Source of the DNA: a virus
Strand: one strand, 5' to 3'
DNA length: 64,000 nt
Virus record (IMG/VR): IMGVR_UViG_3300032220_000699
Location: 64,001 to 128,000 of that record
Below are positions 57,273 to 64,000 of this stretch, one piece after another (the first letter of the stretch is position 1; the number at the start of each line of letters is the position of its first letter). Both the position numbers and the translations under genes were made by a program. The notes under the pieces were generated by a model. The model was not told where the DNA came from and ran no database searches. It was given only the letters and a program-made list of their open reading frames with translations.

Positions 57273-58070
57273 TTACTGAAACTCGTGTTTGTGTTTAGCC
57301 CAAAGGTCATTAATTTCTTCATCATCAAAACCAATAAAGAAGTTAACAGGCGCTACACCGTGCATTAATACTTCTAATACACTATTAGGTTGAATAGTAA
57401 GCGAGGTTTGTTCAGGCACTATCTGAACATCTACCATAGATAAGAAATTTTTATTTTGTTCAGTATTATACTTATGCCCAGTAATAAGTGATTTAATTAC
57501 ATCGTTCTTAAAATGGGTAAGTTCAATAGAAAATTGTTCTGTTAATTGCGGCGATACACCATTAGGCATCGCCTGAGTTTTAATCTTTTCAACAGTGTAA
57601 TCAAACAACTGTTGAGCAAATTCTTTTTGTCTAATAGGATTATAAATAGTTGTCAAACACTCTATTACTCTATCTTTTTCAACAAGAGTTGGATATTCAA
57701 AAAAGTTTGTCTTTGGTTCAGTGATAGGAATAACTGCCTGTGTAACTGTACCAAGTTCTTTAGCAACTTCCATATACTTCAGAACTTTTCTCTTCTTGGC
57801 TTCAATCTTGTCACGATTGTCAATTCCGAAAAGAGGAACACCGGCTTCTTGAAGAAGTTCAACACAAGCTTTCAGATCAATTAGCTCATTAACAAGCATC
57901 TCGATCTTAGTCAATCCAGTTGCAGGATCAACATCAGTAAAGCCAAAACGAAGAGCTTTGTGAAGATCTTTCGAAAGCTTAAGAGATACCTTACCAAGTT
58001 CAAAAGCTAGTTCAGCAACTTCACCAGCTTCTTCAGATGTACAAACAGTCAGATGGTTAATTGGTGTCAT
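57273..58070 (-). CDS. MazG-like NTP pyrophosphohydrolase domain fused to unknown C-terminal domain
   Basis: SEEAGEVAE...ELIDL EExxE/ExxD acidic motif in the first ~100 aa. Confidence 0.65.
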   Translation of the reverse strand: MTPINHLTVCTSEEAGEVAELAFELGKVSLKLSKDLHKALRFGFTDVDPATGLTKIEMLVNELIDLKACVELLQEAGVPLFGIDNRDKIEAKKRKVLKYMEVAKELGTVTQAVIPITEPKTNFFEYPTLVEKDRVIECLTTIYNPIRQKEFAQQLFDYTVEKIKTQAMPNGVSPQLTEQFSIELTHFKNDVIKSLITGHKYNTEQNKNFLSMVDVQIVPEQTSLTIQPNSVLEVLMHGVAPVNFFIGFDDEEINDLWAKHKHEFQ

Positions 58071-58257
58071 TTTTTTCTTTCAGTTTCCAGTTACAGTTTT
58101 CATTATCCCAGACATAGTCATCATTATTACCTTTAAACCCGAAAGTATATTCCTTCAAACCTAATGCATCACAGGCACCTTGAAAGGAAGTGGCATTGAT
58201 GACATGGCGTTTACCATTGCTGGAATAAATGGTAAACGCCTCAAATTTAACTTGCAT
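58057..58257 (-). CDS. hypothetical protein
   Basis: 66 aa, coupled to neighbours. Confidence 0.58.
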   Translation of the reverse strand: MQVKFEAFTIYSSNGKRHVINATSFQGACDALGLKEYTFGFKGNNDDYVWDNENCNWKLKEKNDTN

Positions 58258-58664
58258 TAGTGAATAGGGTTGATATAAGCTTCATCAGTGTTAGGATTAA
58301 CCGTAACATGAATAGACTTAGCATTGGACATAAGTTCTTTCACATGGTCGGTATCTTCGATTGCTTCATAAGCAAACTTAAGGATATCACCATTAAGCAG
58401 AGCTTCTTCAATCTTCTCTTTGTCGATAGAGAAGTGAATACTCAACAAAATATAAAGCGTCATATGGAATATCTTATCACTACGACGATACAACGTATGG
58501 TACATATTCTTATGTTGATCGAAGAATGCATTCATAGGTTCTGAATTTTCAGGTGAACCATACATATCACGATTAGTTTTGTTACGGATATAGTCATTCA
58601 GTAAATAGATCTTGGCACTGTCGTCCACATATTCAGCATCAATATGAGCTGTAGGGTGAGTCAT
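58257..58664 (-). CDS. hypothetical protein
   Basis: From MTHPTA (GGAG RBS); the longer track start overlaps tRNA-Tyr and is rejected. Confidence 0.65.
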   Translation of the reverse strand: MTHPTAHIDAEYVDDSAKIYLLNDYIRNKTNRDMYGSPENSEPMNAFFDQHKNMYHTLYRRSDKIFHMTLYILLSIHFSIDKEKIEEALLNGDILKFAYEAIEDTDHVKELMSNAKSIHVTVNPNTDEAYINPIH

Positions 58665-58694
58665 TTTATTCTCCTTGGTGGTGAAAGATGAAAA

Positions 58695-58726
58695 AGTATA
58701 GACAGAGGTTAACCTCTGTCTATACT
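58695..58726. terminator. strong hairpin terminator after tRNA-Tyr
   Basis: Perfect palindrome AGTATAGACAGAGGTTAACCTCTGTCTATACT flanked by A- and T-tracts. Confidence 0.8.
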
Positions 58727-58736
58727 CTTTTAGTTG

Positions 58737-58821
58737 TGGTGGACCGGGCATGATTCGAACATGCGAAGCACGAGGCGTCAGATTTACAGTCTGATGGGTT
58801 TGACCGCTCCCCAACCAGTCC
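58737..58821 (-). tRNA. tRNA-Tyr(GTA)
   Basis: TCAGA-CTGTAAA-TCTGA anticodon arm, long variable arm, CCA. Confidence 0.93.
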
Positions 58822-58838
58822 AGAGTACTACAAATGTT

Positions 58839-58926
58839 TGGCGGAGGCGGTGAGATTCAAACTCACGAAGGGTTTCCCCTTGCTGGTTTTCAAGACCAGT
58901 GCAATCGATCGCTCTGCCACACCTCC
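58839..58926 (-). tRNA. tRNA-Ser(TGA)
   Basis: GGAGGTG/CGCCTCC acceptor stem, CTGGT-CTTGAAA-ACCAG, long variable arm, G73, CCA. Confidence 0.93.
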
Positions 58927-58927
58927 T

Positions 58928-59413
58928 TTAATCTTTATATTTAGTTCCATGCTGTCCATATTGATTTGCAGCATTGTATTTGGATCTACAAGATCTGCTA
59001 CAGCATAAATCATCTGTAACTTTTATTCTGTCTTTATACTCACTGTCTGAAAGATAAAACAATTCATTACAGTAAGAACAAGGTAATATATGATAGTTAA
59101 GCAATTCTTCAAACTGCTTCAACTCATATTTCTTTTTGTTTTCCTCAGATGTAAGAACCTGAAGATTATTAATATCATCGTTGGTTTTATCATCGTCCTT
59201 ATGATCTACTTCTTCATCAGGAGTTAATAAACGATCAAGTTTATCTTCCATCATTACTCTTGATAGAGCTTTAGACGGAGTGTTACCTTTTTCAAAATAG
59301 ATGACGCATCTTTTCCTACCATCCTTACTTTCATAAGGACCTAAGATGTTTTTGCATCCATATAGCTTCTTCAGCTTTTCTTTGTCAAATGGTATATCTG
59401 TTTCTTTCGACAT
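58928..59413 (-). CDS. HNH endonuclease with C-terminal treble-clef Zn finger (paralog of 34157..34621)
   Basis: EVDHKDDDKTNDDINNLQVL; CSYC...CCSRSC; stop codon 1 nt before tRNA-Ser. Confidence 0.85.
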   Translation of the reverse strand: MSKETDIPFDKEKLKKLYGCKNILGPYESKDGRKRCVIYFEKGNTPSKALSRVMMEDKLDRLLTPDEEVDHKDDDKTNDDINNLQVLTSEENKKKYELKQFEELLNYHILPCSYCNELFYLSDSEYKDRIKVTDDLCCSRSCRSKYNAANQYGQHGTKYKD

Positions 59414-59473
59414 AATGATACTAACTGTATTGCGACAATTAATATATATGTCATTAATTAGTATTCTATTGGA

Positions 59474-59502
59474 GGTGCTTTCAACCGCTCAGCCAAACCT
59501 CC
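59474..59502 (-). pseudogene. orphan 5' fragment of a tRNA-Ser gene
   Basis: GGAGGTTTGGCTGAGCGGTTGAAAGCACC; 22/29 identical to the 5' end of the downstream tRNA-Ser; stops at the anticodon stem. Confidence 0.85.
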
Positions 59503-59527
59503 TTTTCCAATCTATTATGTAAACTAG

Positions 59528-59722
59528 TTAATTTTTAATGAGTCTATGGTGATGGAAGTCACAACAAACTACATTTGTGTCAGAACTAAAGTGTTCGATT
59601 AATTGATTATTCTTAAACCTAGTTTCTTTAATTAGTTCAAGAGTATTTAGCATTTGTTCTTCCATTTTATCCATTACTTCATTAAGCTTTATAAGATCTT
59701 TAAGCTCAACAGACATGATCAC
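59528..59722 (-). CDS. hypothetical protein
   Basis: 64 aa. Confidence 0.55.
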   Translation of the reverse strand: MIMSVELKDLIKLNEVMDKMEEQMLNTLELIKETRFKNNQLIEHFSSDTNVVCCDFHHHRLIKN

Positions 59723-61443
59723 TTGTCCTGTCTTAAAGCTATAACATGAGTATTCATAACTGACTTCATAACACCTTCAACGTCATTATAGTTGTAAGTA
59801 GATCTAAAGTTTTGTTTTGAATCTTCTATGAATCCACGTTGACTAATATAGTTAAATAGTTCAGGGAACATATTAAACAAAATATCAAATAACTGAGTGT
59901 AGATATAAGGATTAGTTTTTACTACCAATAGAAAATCTTTAAGAGAATTATCATCATCTATCATTCTGTAATGGTTAAGGATGTGAATAAAGACTCTAAA
60001 AAGATCATTCATTGTATCGAATATTCTACTAAATTCTGTTTTAAAGTTATCAAACGCATTCATCCATTCTTTAATAAATAAAAATAGAACAGGTTTATTA
60101 TTAAGTAAACGATCTAAGGCGCGTTTATCAAGCATTGTTATATCGACAATAATGCTTAATGTAACTCTAACTGGTTTAAACAAACTTAATTCATTAACAG
60201 ATTTAATAGTTAAGTTTTGATCTATTTCACCGTAAGCATCAAATAAAGCACCATCCTGATGTAGTCCAACATAAATGAACGACATATAAGGATGTTTAAT
60301 AAATTCATGTTCACCATCACTAATATAATTTAATAGAATATCAGGAATATAAAATGGGTCAATTTCTTTTAGATTTAGTAATGTCTTCTTATCTGTTTCA
60401 TCGACTTCAGTTAAGAATGATGCAAGAATAACATAACCTTTATGAGCTTGACGAAGATTAAAATCGTCGAACGCAGGAACATTAATAGGGTAGTTAATAT
60501 CGACTCTATTTTCTAATTGACGATGAGCTTCAAAATGACTTAAAGCATGAAGGCTCTGTGTATAACTTAAGTTACGCTTTCTTTCTTCAATAGAATTAAC
60601 CTTAGCATCTTCAATGAACTGTACATACTTAGCAGGTAAAAGCTTATTACAGATCATGACAGGATAACGGATACCTATAGCTCTAGGAACATCGAAAGAT
60701 AATTTATAACTGAAACTTACTTTATAGTTGGAGTTTTCATTATCAGCATCAACCTTCTCAGGCATGCTACTAAAATCAAAAAGACCAAGTATACGAACTT
60801 GTTTTTCAAAAATTGCGATCTTTGCATTTTCCTTGTTAGCCATGTCTGTAATCAGATGCATGCGCTTCGTAGAATGCTCTCTGAAATATTCCTCAAGAGA
60901 CTGAGGAACAAGTCTGTTCTTTAGTGTATGTACATCTGCAATAAATTCTTCAACGATATCAGGAAGAAGAATATCGTACTGGATATCATGGATACCAATG
61001 TTTCTGGTTTGGGATAAACGAATACGGATATCATCTCTTATTCTGTTAGCTTCTGTTTTAGAAGGAGTGAAGTAACTGAACTCAATCGTTATATCAGATT
61101 TAACATAAATAGGGAAAACAAAGACATCAATTTGTCTATCTTCAAAAATAGGGAAAGCGTTAACTTGATGAACAGCTGTTGTGGTCAGTTCATCTTCATT
61201 ATACTCTTCTATAATGTTTGCACTGATACGTCTTAATGACGCAGTTGAAGGAAGATTCTTCTTCTCAACTCCTGTTTCATTTGTTTTGTTATCAGTGAGT
61301 GTATAGTCAATATCCTTATGCACAGCAATAACAGCTGTATGTGGGATTTTTGTTGCTTCGACGATATCACCGATAATCTTAAAATAAGCTTCATTCAAGA
61401 TAGTACGGTTTGTATCCTCTAGGGTTAAGGAAACTGTAGGCAT
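59719..61443 (-). CDS. phiKZ-like virion structural protein
   Basis: From MPTVSL (AGGA RBS); YPVMICNKLLP segment; lies next to the head-protein genes. Confidence 0.62.
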   Translation of the reverse strand: MPTVSLTLEDTNRTILNEAYFKIIGDIVEATKIPHTAVIAVHKDIDYTLTDNKTNETGVEKKNLPSTASLRRISANIIEEYNEDELTTTAVHQVNAFPIFEDRQIDVFVFPIYVKSDITIEFSYFTPSKTEANRIRDDIRIRLSQTRNIGIHDIQYDILLPDIVEEFIADVHTLKNRLVPQSLEEYFREHSTKRMHLITDMANKENAKIAIFEKQVRILGLFDFSSMPEKVDADNENSNYKVSFSYKLSFDVPRAIGIRYPVMICNKLLPAKYVQFIEDAKVNSIEERKRNLSYTQSLHALSHFEAHRQLENRVDINYPINVPAFDDFNLRQAHKGYVILASFLTEVDETDKKTLLNLKEIDPFYIPDILLNYISDGEHEFIKHPYMSFIYVGLHQDGALFDAYGEIDQNLTIKSVNELSLFKPVRVTLSIIVDITMLDKRALDRLLNNKPVLFLFIKEWMNAFDNFKTEFSRIFDTMNDLFRVFIHILNHYRMIDDDNSLKDFLLVVKTNPYIYTQLFDILFNMFPELFNYISQRGFIEDSKQNFRSTYNYNDVEGVMKSVMNTHVIALRQDK

Positions 61444-61502
61444 TTGGAATTCCTTCTTATAGGTCAAAAAATGTCCGGAGGTTTCCCTCCGGACATCTTC
61501 TA

Positions 61503-63101
61503 TTAGAATTGCTTGGCACACTTATAGAGATACTTAATCATCTCATATCGACATTCTTGATGAATACCCATCAGTCCAACTGAAACTTCTTTCAAGAGAA
61601 CCTGGATAACATTAAGATAGTTAATAATAAATTTATGCAGATCTTCAAGTTTATCAATAACTTCTTTGCTATGTCTAGTCGGCTTATCGTTATTTCCACT
61701 ATTACCAAAATCTAATTCAGGTTCATCTAAATTAGGTCTTCTGGTAAATCCAGCGGCACCCAACATATCATTAGCCTGACTAGCTGAAATAGTGCTGGAA
61801 GATTCATCTTCATCTGTAGCCGTAACTGGGAAAGGATCGTCTTCCGTTGGCATTACATTTTCAGTAGCAATTGTAAAAGGATCACGAATAGTAGTTGTCA
61901 GTCTGTCAATTTCTTTGTCAAACTTTTCAACAGTTTTCTGAACTTGTTCAATTTTTACTGTTTTACTAAAGTCTTTATAGAAATCATAAAGACGCAAGAG
62001 ATTTTCACGAGAACTAATTGTTTCAAGATTATTCTCTGTGATATTATTTCTTTCTGAGTTAGATGTAATAAGCACCTTAGATGAATTGGATGTTTCACTA
62101 ACAGCAAAATCACACTTAACGTGATAAATATTAAAATCTCTGGGAAGCATTTGATTCGGATTTTTATCCGGGATCGCGCTGAAGAAAGAAGAACCCTTGA
62201 TTTCTGAAGAATCAAAAGCATTCATAATGTCATTCTGAACATCATCAGGCAGATTGTTAAAATGAACAGAATTTGTAAATAAAGTTTGGAAAGTGTCAGC
62301 AAGTCTATGTCTGATATTATCAACATCAGACGCTGTTAAAACAACACTCTTGTCTTTAAGCTTAGAAATAAGACTGTTCATCTCGGCAGTAAAACCAGGA
62401 TGAAAGTTTTTATCAATTTCACCAGTAAAGACTTTAATAAATGTTGAAAGATTAGAAAGCTTCTGTTTACCTTTAGTAATCAGATAATCAGATCTCATCG
62501 TTTCAATATCAGGTGTGCCTAACAAGCTCGGGAGCTTAGAGTCAACCTTAATTTGTGTAACTGAATTTTTATCGCTACGCTTAACTTTATGCATTAAGTC
62601 TTCGATATACATTTCATACTCTTCCATCTGAAGATTAGCATTAACTAATCTCTTAAAGAAAAGCATAACACGTTTAAAGAAGTCCTTAAAGAAGGATTTA
62701 ATCTTTTCCCAAATAGACCGCATGAATTCCATAAAACCTTCCATGGCGATCTTATGTGAAGTTTCAACACCATAAGGATTCTTGAAATCTTCCATAGAAG
62801 GAATTTTAGCTCTTACACCAAGATTGTTAGCAACACTCTTCATGTATAATGAATAATTCTCCATAGACGTGAAGTATTCAACGCTAGAGAGCTTTTTAGA
62901 TTCAATTGATGCCTTGACATCCCTAAGGATATAAAGCTCGTTAGAAGCTCTTGCAACACCTTCCACAGCTACCTGAATAGCATCTTCATGAAATTCAACG
63001 ATATCAGGAATATCACTGTTTTCAATCTTTGCTTCAATAAGCTTTTCGGGAGCTGAAGGCTGCTCTATATCTAGTTCTTCACTTGCGAATAACTTTGCCA
63101 T
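61503..63101 (-). CDS. internal head protein, phiKZ paralog family
   Basis: Propeptide with many S/A-x-E motifs (AVE, SIE, SVE, SME, AME) then AMEGFMEFMRSIWEKIKSFFKDFFKRV amphipathic helix. Confidence 0.78.
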   Translation of the reverse strand: MAKLFASEELDIEQPSAPEKLIEAKIENSDIPDIVEFHEDAIQVAVEGVARASNELYILRDVKASIESKKLSSVEYFTSMENYSLYMKSVANNLGVRAKIPSMEDFKNPYGVETSHKIAMEGFMEFMRSIWEKIKSFFKDFFKRVMLFFKRLVNANLQMEEYEMYIEDLMHKVKRSDKNSVTQIKVDSKLPSLLGTPDIETMRSDYLITKGKQKLSNLSTFIKVFTGEIDKNFHPGFTAEMNSLISKLKDKSVVLTASDVDNIRHRLADTFQTLFTNSVHFNNLPDDVQNDIMNAFDSSEIKGSSFFSAIPDKNPNQMLPRDFNIYHVKCDFAVSETSNSSKVLITSNSERNNITENNLETISSRENLLRLYDFYKDFSKTVKIEQVQKTVEKFDKEIDRLTTTIRDPFTIATENVMPTEDDPFPVTATDEDESSSTISASQANDMLGAAGFTRRPNLDEPELDFGNSGNNDKPTRHSKEVIDKLEDLHKFIINYLNVIQVLLKEVSVGLMGIHQECRYEMIKYLYKCAKQF

Positions 63102-63110
63102 ATTAACCTC

Positions 63111-64000
63111 TTAACCAAAATGTTTCAGAGACAAGACACTGTAGTCAACAACACCGTCAGCTGAATCAAGTGCCATTTCTAAAACGTTCTTGCAGATTTT
63201 GTTGTAATTGTTGAAGAAAGTCTTAGCCATGTTAAGGCGTTTCTTGACTTTATTATTCAACACTTTCTTATATTTACCTAAATTCTCTTCAGGAACTTTA
63301 TTAATATCATTGATAATTTTATCAACCTTATTCAGGTTATCCATAATCTTATCATTAATCTTACCATAAACAGTAGAAAGCTTTTCAGCTTCAGTAATAT
63401 TTTCTAAGACTGACTTGAGAAGTTTGAGCAATGTTGCTTTATCTTCAAGGATAATACCATTAGGTGTTTCTTTTTCTTCGTCAGTCTCAATTTCGATACC
63501 TGATTCAGGATTGACCTTAACTTCCTTAATGATCTTTCCTTTGACTAAGGTTTTGCCTTTGACTTTATTAAGAACATCAGCTAAAGATTTAATGAAACTT
63601 TCAAATTCACGACGGGCTTCTTCACCCTTCTTATCTTCTGTTTCATCGTCAGATTCACCAGCAGTTATTTTACTGATAGTTTCTTTACTGTCAGCAATTT
63701 TATTTGCACTGTCTTTAGCTTCTTTTTCTAAAGAACTATTTTCCTTATTAAGGGCACTATTTTCTTTCATGGTTTGTCTAATTGACTTACCATTAAAATC
63801 AGTATAAGAACCCTTCTTATCATTATTTTCAGACATCTTAGCATTGTTAGAATCAATGCTTTCACGAAGCTTAGAAATATTAGCTACAAAATCTTTATCA
63901 AGAACATCTTTATTAGCAAATGCTTCTGCCTTCTTATTAACTTCACCAAAAGAAGCTAACAAAGTTTCAACAGAAAGAACTGCTTCAGAAATAACATTGA
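63111..64000 (-). CDS. internal head protein-like, 5' part outside window
   Basis: Frame stays open to the window edge; K/E/D-rich helical composition; adjacent to a head-protein gene. Confidence 0.6.
   Translation of the reverse strand, partial: NVISEAVLSVETLLASFGEVNKKAEAFANKDVLDKDFVANISKLRESIDSNNAKMSENNDKKGSYTDFNGKSIRQTMKENSALNKENSSLEKEAKDSANKIADSKETISKITAGESDDETEDKKGEEARREFESFIKSLADVLNKVKGKTLVKGKIIKEVKVNPESGIEIETDEEKETPNGIILEDKATLLKLLKSVLENITEAEKLSTVYGKINDKIMDNLNKVDKIINDINKVPEENLGKYKKVLNNKVKKRLNMAKTFFNNYNKICKNVLEMALDSADGVVDYSVLSLKHFG

Larger units (their letters stand above)
12609..59451 (-). promoter_or_regulatory. dispersed phage promoter motif (A/G/C)CATATATA, at least 18 copies
   Basis: Plus-strand TATATATG at 12609, 16219, 19508, 24353, 25305, 25968, 28611, 30208, 30913, 33625, 34652, 37655, 39751, 42208, 47448, 49019, 51464, 57210, 59443. 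All are intergenic and upstream of minus-strand genes, usually just after a terminator. Confidence 0.8.

Noticed and set aside
58665-59013. ORF 58828..59013 and the long start of 58257..58814
   Set aside because: They run through tRNA-Ser/tRNA-Tyr and a terminator; a better RBS-linked start exists at 58664.
1-64000. Stop-codon reassignment or CRISPR array
   Set aside because: Conserved genes are intact under the standard bacterial code with all three stops used, no suppressor tRNA, and no regularly spaced direct repeats were seen.

Overview
This window is an AT-rich segment of a phiKZ-like jumbo phage (probably Chimalliviridae; family assigned by recalled motifs and gene order, no search run). 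Nearly all genes are on the minus strand. The left end (0.1-19 kb) is a conserved virion/transcription block: structural protein, tail-collar fibre with two Kelch-like propellers, portal (the only plus-strand gene), non-virion RNA polymerase beta-like subunit and major capsid protein. The right end (52-64 kb) holds more virion and internal-head genes. Between them are about 70 small accessory genes in promoter-terminator cassettes (repeated ACATATATA motif, about 30 hairpin terminators). These include class II RNR (nrdJ), dCTP deaminase, Nudix, a MazG-like protein, hemerythrin, an SGNH hydrolase, an AAA ATPase, lipoproteins and three HNH nucleases. RNA genes are six tRNAs (Leu-TAA, Arg-TCT, Ile2-CAT, Asn-GTT, Tyr-GTA, Ser-TGA), a circularly permuted two-piece tmRNA, and two unexplained structured non-coding regions (about 500 nt and 320 nt). 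The most striking unexplained structure occurs twice: [orphan 5' fragment of tRNA-X] - [phage promoter] - [HNH + Zn-finger ORF] - [complete, diverged tRNA-X]. This suggests a tRNA-replacing homing cassette family. In one copy the HNH stop codon lies inside the tRNA.
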